Part shown: positions 50,101-62,957 of the stretch, one piece after another
Layout of the letters: every line of letters starts with the position of its first letter
Numbering within the stretch: the stretch's first letter is position 1
DNA from: Glaucostegus cemiculus
Taxonomy: Eukaryota
Reading direction: 5' to 3'
NCBI GenBank assembly: GCA_976551045.1
Contig: CDPCPM010000015.1
Location: forward strand, 1,984,001-2,048,000
DNA: 64,000 nucleotides
Program-made: the position numbers and the translations under genes
The notes under the pieces: model-generated
What the model was told of the DNA's origin: nothing
What the model saw: the letters and a program-made list of their open reading frames with translations, nothing else
The model's database searches: none

Positions 50101-51389
50101 TGCAAACCACTAGATAATGTTACATAGGAATTAAATTCTGGAATATCAACAGTTTAGGCAATATCAGAAGGGAGAGAAACAGATGTAATGTTTCAAATCA
50201 ATAACTTTCATCAGAACCTGGAAAAGTTAAGAAAACAAAGAAGACAAAGAAATTCCACAGCAGGACCACCAAACCTCATGATTTCTCAAGTTCTTCAAGG
50301 CCAATGAAGTACTTTTGAAGTGTGGACAATAGAGAAATGCATCAACCCAGCAAGGTCCATGGTAACCTTCGTGTTCAGACTAATCTGTTTAGTGATATTG
50401 CCTAGCAATCAGCTAGGGAAAACCGGAAACATGCTTGTGTATGGGGAACACTCAGAAAGTCAGCCAGTGTCCGTGGAAGGGAAACAAGTCAACTTTCAGG
50501 TCATTAACTCTATTTCTCTACCCACAGATGCTACCTGACCTGCTGAGTGTCTCCAGCATTTTCTGCTTTTATTTCAAATTTCCATAAGCTGCAGATTTTC
50601 ATTTTCATGCTTGTTGCTTAGTTGTAATGAAATGTCAATGACCTGAAACATTACCCATTTCTCTCCCCACAGATGCTGCCTGAACTATTGAGTATTTCCA
50701 GCAATTTTTGTTTTCATTTCAGATATCCAGCATCTGCAATTTTTTTGCTTTTCAATTAATTTTGGGAAACGACTGACAAAGATTGCTAATGACGAGAAGT
50801 AGCTGCCGTTCCTGATTCCAATTGAAATGTCTCATTGGATTCCCCCAACCATTTCAGCAATTCCCAGTCCCAGCGTCTCACCATATCACTCAATAAACCC
50901 CTTTCCTTATCCCAGTCCAATACTTCATCCATCAGTCCTAAAGGTGCTGTCTCTTGCTGGGCAATAGTCTCCCTATTACCAATGGTCAAAGACATTACAA
51001 CTCAGTGGACACTCCACCACATAGACGGGCAGACTGAGTGAGCAGCAGTAGGGAAGACCTACACTTCCGTAGCAGAACCACCAAACCTCATGATTTCTCA
51101 AATTTTTCACAGCCAATGAAGTTCTTTTGAAGTGTGGACAATAGAGAAATGCATCAACCCAGCAAGGTCCATGTTACCTTTGTACTCAGACTAATCTATT
51201 TAGTGATATTGCCTGATAATAATTCTTCAAACACTAGTGAGAAATTCACTGGTATGCCTCAAGTGACGTCTGCAGAGGACAAAGAAAGCCACAGTTTAAC
51301 ATTTTGCCCAAAGGACAACCTCTCTGACAGTGTGGCATTCCCTCAGAACCACTCTGTTGTTACTACACTGCCGCTCTGAGTGCTACATA

Positions 51390-51770
51390 TCCACAGCACT
51401 GCTCTGACAATGTGGCTCTCCTTCAGTATGCCTAGCCCAATAGTGCTGTGCTCCTTCAGTACAGGCTCTGCTAACAGTGTGGAACTCAATCAGTGCAGTG
51501 CTCCCATGACACACTCTCTCTGACTGTGCAGCACCCTTATACTGCCCCCAGTGATCCCTTTGAGTGTGTGCCACCACCCTCATGACTCTGATGGCATAGC
51601 ACTCCCCGCGCTTCCTCGGCACTGCCCCTCCAACTGCATGGCAATCCCTCAGTACTGCCCCTCTGACAATGCAGGACTCCCTCAGTACTGCCCATCTGAC
51701 AATGCAGAGTTCCCTGCCCCTCCAAGAGTGCAAGGCTCCCTCAGAACTGCCCCTCCAAGAGTGCAGGGGT
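51390..51770. repeat. Degenerate approximately 30-bp minisatellite (ctccctcagtactgcccctctgacaatgcag)
   Basis: Repeated cagtactgccc / ctgaca.tg units. Confidence 0.8.
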
Positions 51771-53079
51771 CCATCGACTGGGATTTAAACAATAGCTTAC
51801 TGAGAGGTAAGTGTGCCTGCAATGAGCCAGAGTGACACCCCTGCACCAGCTTGGCATTCACTTACTTCCCACACAGAACATCTACATTAAAGAAGGGAGA
51901 TAAATTTTCCGCATTTGCTGAATCCAGGAAAATTCCACGATATGATAAGAGGTCTCAGTCAGTGTTGTTAAGGGTTAATTGACTTCTTCACATCCAGGTG
52001 TAAATTTCATTTGCAAACCCACTAGCACTGATATTCATCTATACTTAGCTGTGAAAAAAATCAGGGTTACTATAGTAACAGTTGGCAAAGTGCTGGAATA
52101 CTTTGAATTTAAACGCACATTCCTCCCCACAAGGATTTTCTTTCTCTGTAGGGTTTCTGTCCTTTAGCCCTCCCCCTCTCTTCCTCTCTCTCCCTCTCTC
52201 TCTCACATTCTCCCTCCTCCTCTCCCCCTGCACAAGTAAAGGAGGAATCTCTGCTGCCAGTTCTGTGAATGAGCAACTGTTTCAGGTTGATCAGAAACTC
52301 AACCAAACAAAGCCCATCGATGCTGTGATAGGTCAGGTGCTGGCTGTCCGGCAGCGAGTGACTCATTCCCTCACACACCCCTAGGCCCTTCCACTAGTTA
52401 CAAGGCACATGATGTGTCATGGGATACTCTCCACTTGCCTAGATGAGTGTCGCTTCAACTGTAGTCAAGAAGCTCAACACCATCTAGGACAAAGCCATCT
52501 ACTTGACTGGTAACCCACTAACCCTCTAAACATTCAACCCCTCCCCACCAGCGCACAATGGCTGCAGTGAACACCATCTACAAAATGCACTGCAGGTCCT
52601 CGCCCAGGCTGCTCTGACAACACCACTCGAAGTCTCAAAATTCCGTCACCAAGAAGGACAAGGGCTGCAGGAGAATGGGAACACCAGGATCTGCAGGTTC
52701 TTCAAGTTACAGACTATCCTGACCTGGAAGTATATTAACATTCCTTCATCATCACTGGGTCTAAATCCTGGAAAACCTTGCCTAGTAACACCATGGGAGT
52801 ACATAGAACATAGAACATAGATACCTACAGCACAATTCAGGCCCTTCGGCCCACAAAGCTGTGCCGAACACGTCCCCACACACACTATTAGGTGTGTGGG
52901 GACGTGTGGTGTACCTTCCAGAGAAGGACTACAGCAGTACAAGGACATGGCTAACCATCACCATCTGAAGGGCAATAAGTTCTTGGCAGCAACAGACACA
53001 CCCTGAAAGTGAGTAAATAAAATTGATAATTAGTCCAGCACTGCTGAATCAACTCAACACTCCTGACCTTCCTACTTCT

Positions 53080-53239
53080 NNNNNNNNNNNNNNNNNNNNN
53101 NNNNNNNNNNNNNNNNNNNNNNNNNNNNNNNNNNNNNNNNNNNNNNNNNNNNNNNNNNNNNNNNNNNNNNNNNNNNNNNNNNNNNNNNNNNNNNNNNNNN
53201 NNNNNNNNNNNNNNNNNNNNNNNNNNNNNNNNNNNNNNN
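53080..53239. other. Assembly gap (160 N)
   Basis: Run of N. Confidence 1.
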
Positions 53240-54559
53240 AGACAATGGCAATTTATATTTGCTTAGTCCCCTTAGCACAGTAGAACATTGCAGCTTAACC
53301 AAGTAAATGTGACACCATGCCACAGAAGTGGTATTAGGGCAAAGACCAATAGGTTGAGAAATTAGAAGGCTTTGAGACTTTTCTAAAGCAGGAAAGGGAC
53401 ATAGAGTGACAGAAGGTTTAGAGAAGGAATTTCAGATCAGGCACTTCTAAATCAGAAACTCCTGTTGATTTAATTCATTTCCCTTGTCCAGGATCAAAGC
53501 AACAAAGCATTGGCAACACGGCTGAGGACAACTAAGTCAAGAGAAAATGGACTGATCGCTGAAGGTTCTTGTATTCCATAGCTCATCTAATATCTAGATA
53601 AAGAGATCCTAATCTCACACTGAAAGCAATCCCATCATCTAGACACTTTTAGTATTGGTGGGACAGTGTAAAGGGAGTTATATTCAATATCCTGTATATG
53701 TTCAACGATCCTTTTCAGGGATTTGTGTGATCATTCACTGGAGAGAGAGTAGTCTTGACAGGACAATGTTGAGGAAGTTTTATTCTGAATCATATTTGTG
53801 CTGCTGCTGCCCTGGGAGTGCTTGGCGACAGTATAGAGAAAGCTTTGAGCAATATCTGGAAATTGGCATATATATTACATGTAATTATTCATTTTAACTT
53901 ATTATTCCCATTTGATAGCTGTTTTAAATTAGAGCAGTCTCCCAGCTTTAAAATAAGATACATGTCCCCGGGTGTGTGGACTTATGAGCTGTAACCACCT
54001 GCGGTGTTCTCAGACATGAACCTCGAACATTCTGCTCAATCTCTCCATCCAGCAATGCTGGTTTAACCTTCAGCTCTGGGAAGGTATGGCAAATTCTACC
54101 TCTGGCTGTCTAAACAGTGACGGTGATGTGAAAATACCCAGTGTGGTCAAAGAGGAGAAAAGAGATTGCTGCTCTGTCAAACAGAGACAAAGAATTATCA
54201 GTGTTGTGAGTTTGCCAGGAATATTACATCTGGTTTCATTTGTGGGAATGAGCGCCATTCATGGGACTTGAGCCTATCACCAATGGTGCGGAGCTGAAGG
54301 ATTTCTGCATTGTTGGAAGGACCTAGTTTTGGACTAGGCGATAAATTAACGCTTCATCTGCTCTCTCAGATGGACGTTAAAGTTCGCAGGGTTAGTATTT
54401 TGGGGGATTACAGGCAAGTCCTCTCTCATAACCTGGGACCAAAATTTATCCCTCAACCAATATCACTAAAGTGCAGTCATTAATTGACCATCGTTTCTGA
54501 GGCAGAGAGTATGACCACCATGTACAATTCATCAGTTGTATCTTCTTCTTCTATGGTAG

Positions 54560-57500
54560 TCCTTCGGGTTACCCATTGGGTAATGTGGGAGTAACAGACA
54601 CCGCCATAGGTGGAGCAGAAGGTGCTTGGGGAAGTTGGGCCAGAGAAGTGATTGTAGGAAGCTTGTGGGCTGAGGTGTGCTCCATTTTCCATTTCCACTG
54701 GGCTTCAGTGTCTTCCCACTGCATGGACTCAAGGTTCATGGTGCCATCCTGAATGTTCTTTCTCCAATGTGAGCAGTCATAGGCCAGGGCCAGGAGATGA
54801 TGGGATGATACACCTGATCTTGGAGCCTTTGAGAACATCCTTGAATCTTTTCTGCTGCTTTGGATCTTTGGCTGTGACTGAGCATGAAACAGAGTTGTCT
54901 GCTTCAGGAGGCTGGGATCAGGCATGTGAACAATATGTTCTGCCCAATGCAGCTGACAGAGTGCTGTTAGGAACTGGATGTGGCGTTGCTGGAATAGGAA
55001 AGGATGCTGATATTGGTGCATTTGTTCTGCTATGGATTTGGAAGATTTTGCAGTTACAGTGATGCTGATCCTTCTTGTGCTTTGAGATTCCTGTAGTAAT
55101 AATCCGAGTCTTAGAAATGCAAGGAAGTCAGGGACGAGTAGAGAGTTTGTGCTGTTGTGCTTTTCTCAGATGGACCAAGGGTGTGCTGGGGCCCTGGAGA
55201 TGAAGGTGAATTTTCTCACCTACCTGCTCTGAGAGCTGGCACCTGAGTTATGAAAAGTGGACCATATTTTCCAGGGTCTCACTCTATTGTTGAAGGGTGG
55301 TGTTGTATACAGTAGCAGGTTAGCAGAGAGCCTTTGGCACAGTAGCAGGGCAGGCACAGTAGTGTAGTGGTTAGGGTAATGCTTTACAAGTGCCAGCGAC
55401 CCAGGTTCAATTCCGGCCACTGTCTGTGAGGAGTTTGTATGTTCTCCCTGTGTCTACGTGGGTTTCCTCCGGGTGCTCCAGTTTCCTCCCACATTCCAAA
55501 GACATATGGGTTAGGAAGTTGTGGGCATACTATGTTGGCACTGGAAGCATGGCGACACTTGTGGGCTGCCCCCAGAGCACTCTACGTAAAAGATGCATTT
55601 CACTGTGTGTTTCAATGTACATGTGACTAATTAAGATATCTTATTACAGATGTTAAATATAAGGCTCTAACTCTTGCAAGCTTCAGTGAATAAGTCAGCA
55701 ATGACTTGGAGCTCAGCCTCTGAACATCGCATAAGGAAGCATTGTCTGCACACTGCAGTGTGATGACAGATTGGGTTGACCTTGTTTCTGAAATGTAGAA
55801 TCTGTAGATTGAACAGTTTTGCATTAAATCCCATGGATTGTGGCAATGACAGAGACCTGCTTGACACAAGCCTGCATGGATTTTAGATTTTCTGTGGACC
55901 TGTTAGTTAGCATCACGACTTGTGTACCAGAAATAAATTTCTGTGGGCACCTAAAAGCTCAATAGTCCCTCTTGATTGACAGAGTTAAAGAGTTTTGTAA
56001 AAGGCCATGTGCAGTGTTGATGCTACAATTCTCTTGGACTCTGCACATGATGAAGATCTCTTCAGTACTTCCACATAGTAAGAATGCATACTACAATTTG
56101 GAGAGTGGCTCCTTCACTGGGTGGAGGTGGCTCAGAAGGAGCTTGTAATAATTTCCACTGGGATAGTGAGCAGAGACAACGCTCAGTAGTTATATTGCAG
56201 TTGGATTGGCCTCCTTTTATGAGCATGGTCATGACTATGGTGCCTCTGAGGTCCCATGGCATACCCTCCTTTTGCCACTCATGGGAGATGAGACTGTGAA
56301 TTTATGATTAAAGTTCCTCACCACCAGGTTTTTGAACATCAGCAGGGATGCTATCTGCTCTGAAGGCCTGTCCAACTACTTGTTAGTCCAGGATAACTGT
56401 AAGGCTGCATCAGATGATTTACTGTGGGATAGAATCAAGGATGTTCATACCAAGAACAAAGTCTACATTAAGGTGTTCTTCAAACTGACCCCTCCATCCT
56501 TGGCTGTGAGTAGAGTTTCCCCATTGGTGTTTTGTCTATAGATGGCCTTGACAGTGCGTATTATGGCTGTCGATGAGTTGCTGGATCTTCTGCCCTCTTC
56601 CCACCCACCACCTGTTCTTCAGGTCACAGTTTTTTCTCTTGGATCTCAGCCTTCGGGTGCATGTAAGGCTGTTCCTTACCACTTGAGGCAAGATGGAGCT
56701 TCCATTCCAGGAACGCCTTGCATTTACAGCCAACTATACCTGGATGTCTTTGTCATTCTCATCACACCATCCCTGGTTCTCTCTTGCAGAAAAGCCAAGA
56801 CTCTCACCACAGGTACTAACTAATGATGTACTTCAAGGCAGTTCAGATATTTTGTGGCTACCCTTGGTTGGGAGTCGTAAAGTTATCTATGATGCACTGT
56901 CTCTGAAGTGCTATCTTTCTGGGGTCCTTGAGACCATCAACACGGATTTTCTGTTTATGCTGTTACTAGGGGCCAGTATGATGGCGATAACTGTGTGGAT
57001 TGGGAAGTGATCAGTCCCTGTCCTGATGTAGGTGATGCAGATGTCCTTGCAGTCTGTCGAGGACAACATAACATAACGGGTGCTAATACCTGGACTAGGG
57101 GTGTTGCCATGAAATCTTTTGCTGGTCACTCTGGCAAAACAGAGTATTGGTTGTGAGAAAACCAGGTTCCAAGCATTTTGTCAGGAGTCCATATTCCCTA
57201 TCTGCTCCTTGCTGATACTGTCATGCCTGAGGATTGCACATGTTCCAACAGTGGTGTCGAAGTCCCAGGACAATCAGTTTCTCTCCCTCGGAGTTGCCAT
57301 CCAGGGATTTTTCTAGGTTAGAAAAGGTGCCTGAGCAGCTGCATATTATGGCAATCACAAGCCAAAGTATGAAGTTGGCTACTGGGACTCGACTTGCCTG
57401 GTGCTTTTGACACCAGCATGGAAATCCGATGTAAATCAAGAAAATCTGCCCAGGAGCTGATATTGCTGAGCGATACTTCCCTGGCTGTGGGATGGTTTAG

Positions 57501-57590
57501 ATATCTTGAGATGATGAAAGCAAACTCTTTTAGCGATCTCAAAGCTAATAGCCTCAGTAATGGGTGAGAGGAATGAAGAGAACACAATGT
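54560..57590 (-). mobile_element. Decayed RTE-clade LINE (endonuclease to C-terminus), interrupted by a SINE
   Basis: Minus-strand remnants EKLIVLG.., DCKDICITY..TGTDH, CQLHWAEHIVHMPD.SLLKQ and LAYDCSHWRKNIQDG resemble RTE/BovB-type ORF motifs; many stops and frameshifts. Confidence 0.75.
55348..55643 (+). mobile_element. tRNA-derived V-domain SINE, young subfamily
   Basis: Full-length copy of the same unit, inserted in the RTE LINE. Confidence 0.92.
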
Positions 57591-57617
57591 CTGGTCATTT
57601 ACAGACAGATATCAAAT

Positions 57618-57911
57618 GAGATAAGATAAGATACCTTTATTAGTCACATGTACATCAAAACACACAGTGAAATGCACCTTTTGCGTAGCGTGTTCTGGGA
57701 GCAGCCCACAAGTGTCACCACGCTTCCAATGCCAGCATAGCATGCCCACAACTTCCTAACCCATACGCCTTTGGAATGTGGGAGGAAACTGGAGCACCTG
57801 GAGGAAATCCATGCAGACATAAGGCGAATGTACAAACTCCTAACAGACAGCGGTGGGAATTGAACCGGGGTCGTTGGCACTGTAATAGCGTTACGCTAAC
57901 CGTGACACTAT
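57618..57911 (-). mobile_element. tRNA-derived V-domain SINE, young subfamily
   Basis: Full-length reverse copy ending in (TCTTA)n, seen as gataagataagata. Confidence 0.92.
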
Positions 57912-58761
57912 GTGCATAACACCCTGTTCCACTGGTTATATTTTGTCCTTTATTTGTGGGCAATGGCTTTCTCAGCAGGTGCCTGCAGACATTGTCTTCC
58001 ACTCCACTGCAGTTTAGACAACCAACAGCCAAATGATGCTGAATGCTAATAACGCTTTCTGCTTCTGCCTTTAAAGCAACGTGAGCAGAACTGACAATCA
58101 TTCTGCCTAGTCCCTCATCCACACCTCCTGCTGGTCAGTGACCTTCAGCCACCAGTTTAAGAAAATCAAGTCATCTTCAGGCAGCGGAAAAGCCCAGAGG
58201 AAAGACTGTCACAGTGAGGAGAACCAGCAGTCACAATGAGTTAAGAAGGCATCTTCTGCGTGAAGAATTTCAATGATATGATGTGGAAGTAAGATAATGG
58301 TGTCACTGTTCTTCTTTTGAGTAATTTCTTCAATATAAGCGACAGTGGTGAGTTACTTGTTGGATACTACATCAACAATGGCCTGCAGGAATGAACATTA
58401 TGGGATTCTACGTGTGAAGCTGGTGACAGAGGGGCCATTGCCTTTGTTCCGGAAGAAATGATCACCAATTCTCTTATTGACTGGAGGCAAGTGAACTGCA
58501 AACAAGTGAACTGCAATGTCAGGCCCGCACAGTGCTTTCCAATAACAGCTTTGTTGCCTTTGTTCATTCAGAGGAAAGGAGCTGAGGACAAACTGCAGAC
58601 AACTTACAGGCACGAGACACGGTTAATCAGATGGCAGAACTGATGCACACACATACACACACAAACACAGGCATACTCTGATAGACACACAGATGCACAC
58701 AGGCAGACACTAAGTCATTCACTGACAGACATGCACATACAGAAGCAGACACAAAGCTGTG

Positions 58762-59600
58762 GAATCACTGAAATGTACAACACAGAAACAGGCCCTTCAG
58801 CCCACCTCGTCCGTGCTGACCGTGATGTCTCTACACTCATCCCATTTGCCCACATTAGGTCTATATCCCTTTACTCCTTTCATATCCAAGTACCTGTCCA
58901 ACTGTCTGTTAAACATTGTGATAGTATCTGCCTCCACTACCTCCTCTGGCAGCTCGTTTCAAATATTCATCACCTTCTCTATGTGAAAAACATCCCTCAC
59001 ATCTCCTTTAAATTTCTCCCCTCTCACCCTAAACCTGTGCCCTCTAGTTTTAAATTCCCCTGCACTGGAATAAAGATTCTGTCTATCTATCTATCTAACC
59101 ACACCCTCCTAATTTTATAAACATCGATAAGGTCACCCGTCATCCTCCTACGTAACAGTGAGAATAAACCCAGCCTGTCTAATCTCTCCTAATAACTACA
59201 GCCCTCCATTCCAGGCAACATCCTGGTGAACCTCTTCTGTGCTCTCTCGATTGCCACCACATCCTTCCTGTGGTGTGGTGACCAAAACTGGACACAAGTG
59301 CAGTCTAACCAATGCTTCATAAAACTGCAACGTGGTTCCTCAACTCTTACACTCAATGCCTCAGCTTATGAAGACAAGCAGCATACCAAATGCCTTCCTC
59401 ACTTCCCCGTACACCTGTGTTGTCAACTTCAGGGAGTTCTGACCTTGCACTCCAAGGTCTCAATGTACATCAACGTTCCTAAGGTCCCTGCCATTTACTC
59501 TCTATGTCCTACCAGAATATGAACTCCCAAAGTACATTACCTTGTACTTGTCTGGATTAAATTCCATCTGCCTCTGCTCTGCCCAACTCTCCATTCATAC
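58762..59600 (-). mobile_element. CR1 LINE 3' portion (decayed RT/C-terminus)
   Basis: Reverse complement carries CR1 ORF2 C-terminal motifs and the ggcccttcagccc tail. Confidence 0.85.
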
Positions 59601-59655
59601 ACAGACTGACACAGTCATACACTAACAGACACATGTGACGAATAAAGATATCTTA

Positions 59656-59952
59656 GGGCAGGCATGGTAGTGTAGCAGTTAGCGTTACGCTTTACAGAGC
59701 CAGCAACCCAGGTTCAATTCCGGTCTCTGTCTGTAAGGAGTTTGTACGTTCTCCCCGTGTCTGTGTGGGTTTCCTCCAGTTGCTCCGGTTTCCTCCCACG
59801 TTCCAAAAGACATACAGGTTAGGAAGTTGTGGGCATGCTATGTTGGCGCTGGAAGCATGGTGACACTTGCGGGCTGCCCCCAGAACACTCAAAGCCAAAT
59901 GATGCATTTCACTGTGAGTTTCGATGTACATGTGACTAATAAAGAAATCTTA
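59656..59952 (+). mobile_element. tRNA-derived V-domain SINE, young subfamily
   Basis: Full-length copy. Confidence 0.92.
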
Positions 59953-60288
59953 TATTACATAGACCAATGCAATCATTCACTGACTGAAACATAGACAAGC
60001 AGAAATAAGTACGCAAAAAAACATTTCCATGCAAAGGAAGAAATACAGAATTTACACAGGGACGTGAACATGCAGGGAGTGGAGGGGTGATGTGCAGGCA
60101 GACAGGATTCGTTTAATTTGGCATCATGGTTAGCACAGACATCATGGGCTGAACGTCCTTTTCCTATGCTGTACTATACTCCATGTTCTACAGATACACA
60201 TGCACACGGACAGGAGAACAAATACACATTGATAGGATATCTGTATTAGTCTTAGTGGGCCGAAGGGCCTGTTTTGTGCTGTATTGTT

Positions 60289-60549
60289 CTTAGTCACATG
60301 TATATCCAAACACACAGTGAAATGCATCTTTTGTGTAGAGTGTTCTGGGGGCAGCCCGCAAGTGCCGCCATGCTTCTAGCGGCAACAACTTCCTAACCCA
60401 TATGTCTTTGGAATGTGGGAGGAAACCGAGAGACGCGGAGGAAACCCACACAGACACGGGGAGAACGTACAAACTCCTTACAGACAGTGGCCGGGATTGA
60501 ACCCAGGTCGCTGGTGTTGTAAAGCATTACGCTAACTGTTACACTACTG
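60289..60549 (-). mobile_element. tRNA-derived V-domain SINE, young subfamily (internal deletion)
   Basis: Reverse copy. 3'-only fragments of this family also occur at about 4095-4185 (+), 41130-41255 (-) and 46993-47105 (-). Confidence 0.9.
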
Positions 60550-62957
60550 TACAGACAACCACACACACAAAAAGTGGCACAAGCAAATGGAAACAGAGAC
60601 ATAAATACACATGCACGCGCGTGCATACACACACACGCACGCACGCACGCACACACATACACATGTACGCTCAAGCTAAGGTTTACAGCTCCCTGAGCTG
60701 AAAACCATTCTTCACTGTGGCAAACTGCAACAGAGCCATTTCATCCCCACCCCATTCTCTCTGGGAATATCTACACGTGTCAGTCCAACTCTCCAACCAT
60801 TCTACAGAAAATGAAAATAATGCGACCATGGTCTCAGTAATGATCAAATCAAACCAGGCCAGTCAGAGGATCCAGTGACTCGTGAGTGGCCCTGATGCTC
60901 TTCTCATAACAAGCTGCTTAATGGAAAAGGGATCAAATTTCCCACAACACACAGGGATGCTTCAATCTTATGTCATTATGGTGTTTTTAAAATTAGGTTA
61001 ACCCGCAAGCATGCATGGGCTTTCAAACAATTTGTAGCCTAATGAATCAAATGACTGCAGAAAGAGCCATCTATAAAAAGCAGTAGAATTACTCGCCTGG
61101 GCTACTCTAACAGCACCTCCCAAACCTGTGAACTCTACCGCCAGGAAGGATAAGGGCAGAAGATGTATGGGAACACAAATCTTTAATTGTCACTGCGTCC
61201 AAATCCTGGTACTCCCTCTCTAGTACCACAGTGTGACCACCTTCACCAGAAGGATTGCCCCGTTTCAGAAGCATACTCACCACGATGTTCCCAAGAACTG
61301 TTAGGGATGGCGATAAGTGTGGCCTTACCAGCAACATACTGGAAATGGATGTATTTATATATTAAAAAAAACTATTCTGTGTTGTACTGACCAAGTATCT
61401 TTTGCTGTCTCCTTTCCTTCTCTACTTCCTCCACACAAACTCTGCTCACCTCTCCCATGCATCAGATTTCACCCAGGCTGAGACAGTGAATGCCAGCAGC
61501 ACATTTCACCATTAGATCCTGACCCTTGTCCAGTGATCACATCCACCATCAATGGAGGGTGTGTGCAGGTACTTAAAGAGGAGGTAGACAAATGTTTGAA
61601 AGACTGGGGAATTGAGAGCACTGGGAAAGTGGCACAGAGGGGGAGTTACGGTCTGGGGCAAATTGGTCACATTGAAAGGTGGGACAGGCCTGAGAGACCA
61701 GTTCGCCAACTCCTCCTCCTCATTTCTCACGTTCTTATGTGTGGTGTGTGAGGCTGAGGAATGGGGTCACAGGATAGTGATGAAGTAGGAAAGTTACCAC
61801 TGACTAACTTATCCCAAGAGTGTGCAGAGCAACACTAATGTGTGTGGTGATTGTCATGACTGATTCTGATGTGAGGCAAAGACTGCTCCCCGTCAGTAGC
61901 GGGAGGAGCCCCTGTATCCACCACAAGTCATGTCTCCAGTTGTTCAGATATTATATCAAGAGGCACTAGTCTCTGAAAGAAATGTTACCTTAAAGGAATT
62001 TGAAGGAATCAATACTGCCTGCCAGCAGTAGCTCCTGAGGGAGCCTGTTCAGTGGCATGAGTACTCATGCAGTGAAATGCTGTTTCTGCACATTAATTTT
62101 ATCTTTACCAAGGGAGCTACAGAGACCAGTGAAACTGAGGAGGAACTGAGGCCAGCACAGTACACAACTGGAGCCTCACTGCTCCAGGGAACTGGGTTCA
62201 GTTCTGACCTCCAGTGCTGTTTGCACAGAGTTTGCAAGTTCTCCCTTTGACTGCATGGGTTTCCCCCAGGTATTCCAGTTTCCTCTCACTTTCCAAAGTC
62301 AAGATCTTGGAAAATGCTGAGCAATTTACTGTAGCCAATTAATGTAGGTGGGAGAAGAAAGGTGTTGATGGGCATGTAGGAGAAAATAAGTTCCAGAGAA
62401 ATAATTAAGGAAATTGGATTGACGGGGCTGCCTCATGAGCTGGCAATGGGTTGATGGGCTGAATAGCCTTCTTCTCTTTCATAAGGTATTATGAAAACAT
62501 GAACTGTGTAGATCACTGGCAGAGAACGTGACTGAGAGAGGAAGGGAGCTCTTGCCCCAGTATCAAACTGTATCCACTACTTTGATTTCATTATTTATTT
62601 TAAACATGTGGTTTTGGAAACCCTTCATCAGAACTTTTCCAGTTCAGATGAAGGGTTGTTAACCTAAGGCATTAACCTGAAACATTAACATTTTTCTCTC
62701 TCTTCAGATGCTGCCTGACCTGTTGAGTGTTTCCAGCATTTTTTGTTGTTATTACAGATTTCCTGCATCTGCCATTTTTTCTGATTCTGTAGTGTGAACT
62801 GTGGCTCAGTAAGTAGAACTCTTGACTGAATCAGAAGATTACGGATTCAACTCTCTGTCCAGAGAGTTGAGCGCAAAGACCTATCTAATGGTCCAGGGTA
62901 GAACTGAGGAAGTCCTGTACTACAGGAGGTGCAAACTTTCACAGTGTTAACCAATGT

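Noticed and set aside
51390-51770. Approximately 30-bp repeat array as CRISPR
   Set aside because: Degenerate head-to-tail units without unique spacers, SINE-derived, in a eukaryotic context with no cas genes.
53023-53323. ORFs spanning X residues
   Set aside because: Artefact of the N gap.
58077-58347. Segment with good acceptor and gtgagt donor and protein-looking translation (..HNELRRHLLREEFQ..)
   Set aside because: Five stops in 90 codons is the random expectation, so it cannot be supported as a (pseudo)exon without homology.
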